DNA of 26,223 nt from a virus. Taxonomy: Duplodnaviria; Caudoviricetes. The notes below the pieces were generated by a model that saw nothing but the letters and a program-made list of their open reading frames with translations, searched no databases and was not told the origin of the DNA. Within the stretch, counting starts at the first letter, position 1; every line of letters begins with the position of its first letter. Position numbers and translations under genes: made by a program. Where the stretch lies: IMG/VR virus record IMGVR_UViG_3300006867_000078, positions 1 to 26,223 of that record; one strand, given 5' to 3'. This document shows positions 16,821 through 23,679 of this stretch, one piece after another.

Positions 16821-16853
16821 CTTTCCTAGTGCCTACCAATGCACCCCTACTAA

Positions 16854-17708
16854 TTAACCGGGCGCTCTGTCAATCGCATAACGTGCCGTGGCATGAGATA
16901 AATCACGGCTTGCTTCAAGGTGACTGTACCGTTCTAGCATGGCGAGACTCGCCCAGCCACCCCACTGCTGAAGGCTCATCGTACTCATACCTTCACGTGC
17001 TAAGCGAGTGATGCACGTGTGGCGGCAGGCGTGCGGCACGAAATCTTTTTCGTCTTGCAAGCCTATCGCTTTCTTCGCTGGACGCCACGCACGATAAAAC
17101 ACGTGGTGATCTTGCGCCCATGCAAACGGACCCGCATCGTTGGCGTAATGCTGACGCCCAAACTGAATCGCTTCAGCAGCGGGTGGGAACAGGGGCAACG
17201 TGCGTGTCTTGCCTGTCTTCACAGTGCTAGCCAGGAACGTGACATGGGAGTCGGTCACGTGGCTCCAGGTTAGCTTAGTGGCCTCGCCGTAGCGCGCCGC
17301 TGTGTACAGCAGGAAGTTAAACAGGTGCACAAACTTAGCGCCACGTTTAGCTAACGCTTGCGCCATTTGTGCTTCCACTTCCACGCTGATTTCGTACTCA
17401 CGTTGCCGGGTGTGGCGCGTGATGTTTACCTTTGGCGGCGGCTGCGTGCGCAACCCCCGGTCGTAGGCGTACGACAAGACGCGGTTCAGCTTAGCGATGC
17501 GATGAACCACCGTGCCATCAGCGGCTTGGTCATTAATCATGTCGTCCACCAAGCCGTGAATGTCAGCGGCGGTTAGGTGTTCGACGGGCATGGGTCCAAG
17601 GTGGCTTTTAGCTAGCGCGTTAAGATGCTGACGCACGCCACGTTGGTCCCGGTGATGCCGGAAGACAACGCCCCGGCACTGTTTAATTACACTTTCCAAT
17701 GTCTGCAT
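16854..17708 (-). CDS. int: Tyrosine integrase
   Basis: Catalytic residues in LLYTAAR.GE (R), KTGK (K), HACRH (H..R), GW (W) and ERYSH (Y); adjacent tRNA-derived attP. Confidence 0.95.
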   Translation of the reverse strand: MQTLESVIKQCRGVVFRHHRDQRGVRQHLNALAKSHLGPMPVEHLTAADIHGLVDDMINDQAADGTVVHRIAKLNRVLSYAYDRGLRTQPPPKVNITRHTRQREYEISVEVEAQMAQALAKRGAKFVHLFNFLLYTAARYGEATKLTWSHVTDSHVTFLASTVKTGKTRTLPLFPPAAEAIQFGRQHYANDAGPFAWAQDHHVFYRAWRPAKKAIGLQDEKDFVPHACRHTCITRLAREGMSTMSLQQWGGWASLAMLERYSHLEASRDLSHATARYAIDRAPG

Positions 17709-17711
17709 TAG

Positions 17712-18059
17712 TCACTCCCTTAGTTCGGGGAAGACGCTGCGTGCAAACGCCTGCCCTTGTTGCGTCAAGCTAACGATCATATGCCGCCTGTCCTGCGGGT
17801 CTTGTGTAAGCTCAACGTAGTTATGTTTTCGGTCTCCGAATTTACTCCAATAACTAAGCGCACGGCTGACGCTGGGTTGGGTGACAGGAACACCCTGGCT
17901 AACGTCGGCTTGTCGGACCCAGCGGTCGTCACTTTCCATAAGCAGTTCCACAAGGCGTACGAATGTAAGCACTTGCGGCAGGCTCATGTACGGGTCAGCA
18001 ACAGCGAACGCATTAAGCTGCGCTGCGCATGCGCGGACGGATTTCTTTTCGATTTGCAT
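17712..18059 (-). CDS. MarR-like winged-helix transcriptional regulator
   Basis: VTQPSVSRAL recognition helix and DPQDRR..IVSLTQQG wing. ATG 18059 has a GGGAG RBS (longest ORF 18098). Confidence 0.88.
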   Translation of the reverse strand: MQIEKKSVRACAAQLNAFAVADPYMSLPQVLTFVRLVELLMESDDRWVRQADVSQGVPVTQPSVSRALSYWSKFGDRKHNYVELTQDPQDRRHMIVSLTQQGQAFARSVFPELRE

Positions 18060-18128
18060 TAGTGTGTCTCCCAAGATGCGATGCGTAAGTGCATGCACCT
18101 CTCCACGTAGAATCGCAGAATCACTGCG

Positions 18129-18347
18129 TCAACGCTCGTCACCGTGCAGACCGAAGGTCGTTTCAAATTTGTGGACTGCTTGCTTAAGACCAGACAGAGA
18201 ACGAATCAAGTCCTTATCAGAAACATTTATTTTAACTTGCTCGTTATCCGATTCGAAGACGCACGCGTGCAACACGTCCACATAAAAGGACACTTCGTCG
18301 TAGCACTCAGTCAGCACGTCTTCGTGTGTCGTATCCAGACCAATCAT
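18129..18347 (-). CDS. Hypothetical acidic early protein
   Basis: MIGLDTTHEDV... (72 aa); GGGGAG RBS and ATGA overlap with the upstream peptide gene. Confidence 0.65.
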   Translation of the reverse strand: MIGLDTTHEDVLTECYDEVSFYVDVLHACVFESDNEQVKINVSDKDLIRSLSGLKQAVHKFETTFGLHGDER

Positions 18348-18430
18348 GCCGCTCCCCATGTCACCCCCCACCACAACAGATAAACAGTGATTAATGTCAG
18401 CAACACGACCACATATAGGCGTTCACTCAT
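18344..18430 (-). CDS. 28-aa single-pass membrane peptide
   Basis: Manual translation MSERLYVVVLLTLITVYLLWWGVTWGAA*; GGGAGG RBS; ATGA overlaps with neighbours at both ends. Confidence 0.7.
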   Translation of the reverse strand: MSERLYVVVLLTLITVYLLWWGVTWGAA

Positions 18431-18714
18431 GTTGTTTGTTCCTCCCGCACAGTCGTGTGGTCCCGCTCGTACAGAATGCGGCTCCGTTTGTGTTCGTCTG
18501 TGATAGTGATGCGGCGCAGGGGCGGCTGACTTGGATGCTCCCGCAGAAAAATCTGTGCGTGCATGAAAGTCTCAAGCACTTCGGGTCCAAGCACAGGGGA
18601 CACAGGCCACGCTCCCTTACAGACCCACCTTGTCTGTCCACCAGGGCGGTGCCACCCGTGGTGTGCGCTAATCAGTTGCACCTTAGTCATGGTGTAAGCG
18701 GCTCCGTTGTTCAT
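18427..18714 (-). CDS. Hypothetical early protein (start may be ATG 18690)
   Basis: ORF fits the tightly packed minus-strand chain; no family recognised. Confidence 0.6.
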   Translation of the reverse strand: MNNGAAYTMTKVQLISAHHGWHRPGGQTRWVCKGAWPVSPVLGPEVLETFMHAQIFLREHPSQPPLRRITITDEHKRSRILYERDHTTVREEQTT

Positions 18715-19006
18715 GAATGAGGTTCATCACGTCGTCGGGTAGTGACGCCCACGGCACGCGGTAGCAGCTACGACGCACCGCTTCGGTGTCCCGGCGTGGC
18801 ACCCGGCGCAACTCAGCGGTTCCCGCACGGGTGAACACGTCCACCACGTCAAACACGTAGTCGTTTTCTTCTCGGTCAAACCACGGCTCAAGCCAGACGG
18901 TTACAAGGTTAAACTTGCGGCGATGCTGGACGGACCAGACAAAGCCGGGTGCGCCGCGCAAGGCTAAGCCCTGCGCACGCTTCGGAGTTCTCAAGTTTGG
19001 GTTCAA
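18683..19006 (-). CDS. Hypothetical early protein
   Basis: TTG start with AAGGGA upstream; fits the chain; no family recognised. Confidence 0.6.
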   Translation of the reverse strand: MNPNLRTPKRAQGLALRGAPGFVWSVQHRRKFNLVTVWLEPWFDREENDYVFDVVDVFTRAGTAELRRVPRRDTEAVRRSCYRVPWASLPDDVMNLIHEQRSRLHHD

Positions 19007-19034
19007 GTTGTTTTCCCTTTAGGTTTACGTGCGT

Positions 19035-19214
19035 TTACGCATGCGTTTGGTCGCAAGCGTAGTCGGTTGAAACGATAGGCTTACACAGCGACACAGTATG
19101 AAAACCGCGTTCAACTAAATTGTCGTAAAGCGCACGCGCACTTTCCATTGAATCGAAGGCTTCCCAGCTAGCTGTTGCCCCGTCGTCTTCTACCCAAGTC
19201 ACGATAAAAAACAT
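19035..19214 (-). CDS. Hypothetical early protein (59 aa, below the ORF-track cutoff)
   Basis: Manual translation MFFIVTWVEDDGATASWEAFDSMESARALYDNLVERGFHTVSLCKPIVSTDYACDQTHA*; starts in a GGGGATGCGTAATG junction. Confidence 0.75.
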   Translation of the reverse strand: MFFIVTWVEDDGATASWEAFDSMESARALYDNLVERGFHTVSLCKPIVSTDYACDQTHA

Positions 19215-19444
19215 TACGCATCCCCTTCAGAAAATAACGCGAGTTCTGAAAATAGCTCACTTATTTCGGCTAAGTTATCGCGCAACAATATTGCTTCGGT
19301 TAAGTACGCGCAGTCTTCTTCAATGTTTTCTTCTTCGTATCCCGCATATTCAAAGCGGTGTTGCTTCACGTTTTCCACGTGGTCAGACAAGTGCTTGCGC
19401 AACAATTCCGAAACGTCTTTAGGTGACAAGTTAGGGGTCAACAT
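19214..19444 (-). CDS. Acidic early protein, paralog B
   Basis: TAATG-coupled at both ends; shares KHL..HVEN.K, E.DC..L.EAI and LRDN with 19444..19692. Confidence 0.8.
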   Translation of the reverse strand: MLTPNLSPKDVSELLRKHLSDHVENVKQHRFEYAGYEEENIEEDCAYLTEAILLRDNLAEISELFSELALFSEGDA

Positions 19445-19692
19445 TACGCTTCCCCCCTTGCTTCAGCCTTACGCTTGGCTTTTTGTTCGTCCGCCCAAAT
19501 TAATAACCCACGCAAATCGCGCACGTTATCGCGCAACGATATTGCTTCGCTTAAATGCAGGCAGTCGCTTTCTAAATCATGATCGCTGGGCACTTCGCAC
19601 TCGAACGCTTCTTTTAAATTCTCCACGTGTTCAGCGAGATGTTTCTGAAACAAGTCTAAAGCTTCGTCGGCTGACAGATAACGGTGGTACAT
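19444..19692 (-). CDS. Acidic early protein, paralog A
   Basis: TAATG-coupled at both ends; paralogous to 19214..19444. Confidence 0.8.
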   Translation of the reverse strand: MYHRYLSADEALDLFQKHLAEHVENLKEAFECEVPSDHDLESDCLHLSEAISLRDNVRDLRGLLIWADEQKAKRKAEARGEA

Positions 19693-20240
19693 TACGCATC
19701 CCCCATTACTGCGGCGTGCGCTTCGCGCAGTGCCTTGTCAGACAGTGAATAGAAGACTGCTGTTTCAGACGGTGTGTAGACTAAGAGTGACGCCCACTGT
19801 GTGAACCCCGTCGTGCCTTGCACGTAGTGGTCACAGACGCGGTTCACGTCTTCAATGATTGCGCGCTTTTCTTCGGGTGACTTGTCATTAAACCACGCAG
19901 GCAAGTCGTCATGGTCAATCTGCATTTCAATTTCACAGATAGGGAAAGCGCCTAAGTCTTCCGGTTCACTGCCGTAATACTGACTATCAAAGCGCCACGT
20001 AATGCGCTCAAGGCACGCGTCCCCTAGTACGTCTTCCATTTCTTCCGGCACAGACAACCCTAAGTCACGCGCACGCTGTGCGACACGTGAATCATTGTCG
20101 TGATAGGTCCAGTCACCTTCGTGCGCCAAGTGCGTGTAACCGTCCAGCGCGTCTTCGTGCGTTGTCTCGTACTCAACGCGTGCGTCTGCAATTTCGTTAA
20201 TCTTAGAAGCGAGTGCTTCAATGCGGTCTTCGTACAACAT
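19692..20240 (-). CDS. Strongly acidic early protein (182 aa)
   Basis: ATG 20240 with GGAGAG RBS (longest ORF 20348); hand count about 40 D+E versus 14 K+R. Confidence 0.78.
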   Translation of the reverse strand: MLYEDRIEALASKINEIADARVEYETTHEDALDGYTHLAHEGDWTYHDNDSRVAQRARDLGLSVPEEMEDVLGDACLERITWRFDSQYYGSEPEDLGAFPICEIEMQIDHDDLPAWFNDKSPEEKRAIIEDVNRVCDHYVQGTTGFTQWASLLVYTPSETAVFYSLSDKALREAHAAVMGDA

Positions 20241-20310
20241 TATCGTTCTCTCCATAGTTAAATGCGCGTGGACGCATGTGTTACGCCCACGCATGCAGTT
20301 AGTGACGCGT

Positions 20311-20658
20311 TTAGGTGCAATCCCATAGCTCAAGGCACGCGTCTTCAAGCTCGTTATTCTGCCCGAAGTAAAGCTTCACGGGTTCTTCGCCTAACCAATA
20401 GCCTTCTACTTCGTTCGTCATGGTATTGACGCAGATGTTAGGACCGCCAAGCGCTACCCATAGGCGCGCCCCCTTAAACGTTTTGTCATGGTGGCAAGTC
20501 CACTCAATGTCCAGCACGTCTGACAACCACGCCCACGCGCTGTTTGCTTCTTCGTAGTCTTCTTCGGAAGCGTAGTCGCTAGGCGTCAGCCCGTTTGTCC
20601 AGTCTTTTTCCCGGATAAGCTTGCGAATGTGGTCAACGTGTTCATAAAGGCTAGTCAT
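20311..20658 (-). CDS. Hypothetical early protein with GGPNI motif
   Basis: TGATG-coupled start. The LDIE...GARL.VA.GGPNI.V.T...VEGYW pattern is one I recognise from other uncharacterised phage proteins. Confidence 0.78.
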   Translation of the reverse strand: MTSLYEHVDHIRKLIREKDWTNGLTPSDYASEEDYEEANSAWAWLSDVLDIEWTCHHDKTFKGARLWVALGGPNICVNTMTNEVEGYWLGEEPVKLYFGQNNELEDACLELWDCT

Positions 20659-20891
20659 CACGCATCCCCCCCGTTAACCTGCACAGAATAAAAGAACGGG
20701 AACCCGCTGCTAACGTCACAACCAACGCCATAGCAACGGTCATGATCCAGACCAGCGCGCCAACAGTGCACAATCTGCGCAACGGTTAGCGGCGGCGCGG
20801 TGAACCCATAAAACGCGAATTCGCGTTGCATGTGGTCAACATAGTCGCGGCGGTCAGCGTGGCGTGCGCGGAGTTTCATTTCGTAAACCAT
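20658..20891 (-). CDS. Hypothetical early protein
   Basis: Coupled at both ends by the repeated junction motif. Confidence 0.72.
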   Translation of the reverse strand: MVYEMKLRARHADRRDYVDHMQREFAFYGFTAPPLTVAQIVHCWRAGLDHDRCYGVGCDVSSGFPFFYSVQVNGGDA

Positions 20892-21148
20892 TACGCTTGC
20901 CCCCCGTAGTACGCGGCGCGGTGCGCATTGTGGTCAAAGTCCAAGTCACAGCGATAAATCACTTCGACACAAAAAGGCACGCACGATGAAGGCTTAAAGA
21001 CAGTGATTGCGCCAATATCCGCACTAGGGCGCATGATGCTTTTCGCATAGTCCACCGCGGCGTTGTTATCGAAGCATTCAACCGTGACGCGTGCGTCTGG
21101 TTCTAAATCGTTGTCTTCATAGAAGACGTGAAGCTCATACTTTGTCAT
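20891..21148 (-). CDS. Hypothetical protein, first early gene
   Basis: Strong TAAGGAG RBS; lies just downstream of the predicted host promoter. Confidence 0.78.
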   Translation of the reverse strand: MTKYELHVFYEDNDLEPDARVTVECFDNNAAVDYAKSIMRPSADIGAITVFKPSSCVPFCVEVIYRCDLDFDHNAHRAAYYGGQA

Positions 21149-21207
21149 TGTGTTCTCTCCTTAATGTTAGTGACGACACCGCATACATTGCGTTATCGCT
21201 GATTGCT

Positions 21208-21236
21208 TACCTATTTGCTTATTTGCATTAAGTCAA
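21208..21236 (-). promoter_or_regulatory. Putative host sigma70 early promoter
   Basis: Minus strand TTGACT-N17-TAGGTA about 60 nt upstream of the first early gene; the -10 element is imperfect. Confidence 0.55.
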
Positions 21237-21277
21237 CAGTTAACCTCAACGTATTCACTGCGTAGACGCATATGAAT

Positions 21278-21325
21278 GCGACCAGGCAAGCGACCAGGTG
21301 AACGGGCAAGTGAACGGGCAGGTTA
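21278..21325. repeat. Degenerate 12-bp tandem repeats
   Basis: GCGACCAGGCAA / GCGACCAGGTGA / ACGGGCAAGTGA / ACGGGCAGGTTA. Confidence 0.7.
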
Positions 21326-21561
21326 AGCGCGGTGGATACTAAGAGGCACGCGCTAACCCTTACGCATTAATCTACGTGAATATGTTGCTTCAAGTGCACT
21401 GAATCGCTGCACAACGCACTAACAATGCGTAGTACACCATTGTAAACGTTAGGTTTTTCCGTGGCGTGGCGCATAATCGCATCGTTAACAGTGGGTAGAG
21501 GGGGGGTCACGACGCGGTTCTCTCTTAGAACTAGCGTTCACATTTTTGCAACTAATTCGAT

Positions 21562-21590
21562 TTGACATGCGAGAAAAAAACGGCTAGCTT
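21562..21590 (+). promoter_or_regulatory. Putative sigma70 promoter opposing the gene direction
   Basis: TTGACA-N17-TAGCTT. Confidence 0.45.
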
Positions 21591-21621
21591 GCGTTCACGT
21601 ACTTAATGCTTCTGCCCTTGT

Positions 21622-21692
21622 AAAAGCACACCGCGCTTTATACTGGCGTAGCAAAAGCACAGCGCTTCTACAGGCGTATGCTAGAGCACAGT
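21622..21692. repeat. Degenerate ~30-bp tandem array, inverted relative to 21818..21884
   Basis: AAAAGCACACCGCGCTTTATACTGGCGTAGC / AAAAGCACAGCGCTTCTACAGGCGTATGC / TAGAGCACAGT. Confidence 0.75.
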
Positions 21693-21737
21693 GATTAGTA
21701 CAACGTAAGTTCTTCCAAAATTCCAAATCAAAGAGAG

Positions 21738-21776
21738 TAAGCATAAAGCTTAAACATAAAGCTTAAGCATTAAGTG
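21738..21776. repeat. Three AT-rich 13-bp tandem repeats
   Basis: TAAGCATAAAGCT / TAAACATAAAGCT / TAAGCATTAAGTG. Confidence 0.8.
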
Positions 21777-21817
21777 TTCTTTGCTTGTGTTCTTTCTTTG
21801 GCAGACTTTCAGTGCGC

Positions 21818-21884
21818 AAGCGCGGTGTTCTTGCTACGCCCGTATAAGCGCGGTGTTCTTACTACGTCTGTATAAGCGCGGTGT
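21818..21884. repeat. 28-bp tandem repeat (about 2.4 copies) abutting the terL stop codon
   Basis: AAGCGCGGTGTTCTTGCTACGCCCGTAT / AAGCGCGGTGTTCTTACTACGTCTGTAT / AAGCGCGGTGT. Confidence 0.9.
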
Positions 21885-21885
21885 A

Positions 21886-23547
21886 TTACCTTGAGAGATC
21901 AACCCAGCGGGGCCGGGGCGCGTTCTTACCCGCAGACTTCATGAACTTGCGTAGCTCGTTGTCTAAAGCTTCTTGTTTCTGACGGGCAATACCCCTGGCT
22001 TCATCCACGGCCATCTGTTCGGACCAGTACGCGACTGCGATGCTAAGCGCGTCGATTCTGTCGTCGTGTCGCAGTGCGCCTCGCTCGGAGGTCAATCGCG
22101 TCATCTGGTAGACAAGCATCTTGCTTAGGCGTTGAGTGGACTCGTAGGCATTGGCGCTGCGGTAATCGTTCTCGATAACCTTGGGGTCCACGACGAGCTT
22201 GTGGCGCATCATGACGGGTTCCAAGGTGTCAATCATCCGGCGTTCTTTCTGCTTACTGTGCCGTACCTCTTCGACTAAGCATTTGTGAGAACGATGAAGG
22301 ACCGGGCGGAAAAGCTCAGTGAACATACCGTCCCCAAAGTTACTCTCCGTTATCACGGCGTTGACCTTGTTGCGTTCTGCGATGTTCGCCAAGAGTGTCA
22401 GTGTGTCTTCGTCGTAGCCCCCCTTGAGGCCACCGCATTCGTGAACGAACAGGTAGCCGTTGAGCATCTTAACCACTGCGTAGCCTGTTTCGTCTGCCCC
22501 CCGTCCGCTGGGGTCAATCGCCATAACGCTCCCCGTGTACGGGCTAGTAACATTGCTGACGGCCATAGGTTCGTACATGCCGTCACCTTTCATGCCCACG
22601 TTAGGCAAGTGGCGTATCATGCGGTCGTCTATCGGTCCCCACGTCAGGCTCATTGGCGCAGTCTCAGGGTCTAACGGCATGAACAAAACATCACGCATCT
22701 TTAGAGGATAACGATCAGCATCCGACATGCTTGTGCTGAGTTGGAACTGCAACGCAAACCCAGCTTTCCCGTAGCTCGCTTGGCGTTCTGCAAGGTCTGT
22801 CTCGGAGAAGCGATCAGGGTCCACCGTGCTACCTGCGGGTATGTCCAGGTCACTGACGTATGGCGCAAGTGTGCCGCCGTAGCCAACTTCCTCGTTCGCG
22901 CTGGGCTTCAACGCAGGCCAAATCCGCGTGCTGTACCCGCGTTCTTGCAGCCGCGTATACAGGCTGTCTTCCGTCTGCGGTGTCCCGAGGTAGATGATGC
23001 GGCCACCAGGAGAAAGCACCGAATCAAACTCTTTGACTAGCTCGCTGAGCTTATCGCGCATCAGTTGAGTCGCGCTGTTGTTCGGCACTTCTACGTCGTC
23101 GGCAATGAGGTAATTGCAGCGACTTCCGGTGATCGTGCCAGTAATACCGACGGATTTACAGCTAGGGGCGTGGCTGGCGACTGCGGGGCCAACGTCGAAG
23201 GCTACCTTGCTGTTTCTCTGGTCAGGGCTTGGCTGCAAGTGCTGCGTAATCGGTAGCTCAGAGATAATCCGCTGGGTGAACGTGGAGAATGCGTCGGCAC
23301 GTTCTTTACTCGCGGACACAACTAATACCTTAGCGTTAGGGTCGTTAAGCCAAATCCACGCAGAGTAGGCGCTAGTGACGTACGATTTGCCGACACCGCG
23401 AAATGCTTGAATGATGCTACGCTTAGGCCCGGATTGAATGTAGTTGGCTATGTCGTACTGGACAGGCGTGGGGTCGGGTAGTCCGATATGGTTCCATACG
23501 AGCCAAAGGAATTTTCTGAAGTCTTTTTTAAATACGTCCGTTGACAA
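21886..23547 (-). CDS. terL: Terminase large subunit (T7 gp19-like)
   Basis: IQAFRGVGKS (Walker A), VVSASKERAD, IADDVEVP.NS, YLGTPQ, IDPSGRG.DETG, ESNFGDGMF and HDDR.DAL motifs. Confidence 0.98.
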   Translation of the reverse strand: MSTDVFKKDFRKFLWLVWNHIGLPDPTPVQYDIANYIQSGPKRSIIQAFRGVGKSYVTSAYSAWIWLNDPNAKVLVVSASKERADAFSTFTQRIISELPITQHLQPSPDQRNSKVAFDVGPAVASHAPSCKSVGITGTITGSRCNYLIADDVEVPNNSATQLMRDKLSELVKEFDSVLSPGGRIIYLGTPQTEDSLYTRLQERGYSTRIWPALKPSANEEVGYGGTLAPYVSDLDIPAGSTVDPDRFSETDLAERQASYGKAGFALQFQLSTSMSDADRYPLKMRDVLFMPLDPETAPMSLTWGPIDDRMIRHLPNVGMKGDGMYEPMAVSNVTSPYTGSVMAIDPSGRGADETGYAVVKMLNGYLFVHECGGLKGGYDEDTLTLLANIAERNKVNAVITESNFGDGMFTELFRPVLHRSHKCLVEEVRHSKQKERRMIDTLEPVMMRHKLVVDPKVIENDYRSANAYESTQRLSKMLVYQMTRLTSERGALRHDDRIDALSIAVAYWSEQMAVDEARGIARQKQEALDNELRKFMKSAGKNAPRPRWVDLSR

Positions 23548-23645
23548 GTTCCATGCGCCTGCGTAAGTATTACTACGGCATTGATGTTGTGCCGCTTCAG
23601 TAGTTTTGCATCATTGAGTCCTCCCAAGATTCAAACTCCAAAACC

Positions 23646-23679
23646 TAACCCCGCGATTGTTCTCTCCGTCGCGGGGTTA
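23646..23679 (-). terminator. Perfect 11-bp inverted repeat, possible terminator or regulatory hairpin
   Basis: Minus strand TAACCCCGCGA-(12-nt loop)-TCGCGGGGTTA followed by GGTTTT; begins at the stop codon of the basic peptide gene. Confidence 0.55.

Noticed and set aside
19692-20240. Ocr (gp0.3) ortholog call
   Set aside because: Acidity and position fit, but I cannot align it to Ocr; kept only as a hypothesis.
21228-21244. CtrA box over the early -35 element
   Set aside because: The sequence is TTAA-N8-TTAAC, whereas the consensus spacing is N7.
21622-21884. CRISPR or mini-CRISPR array
   Set aside because: The 28-30-bp units are head-to-tail with no unique spacers, and there are no cas genes.
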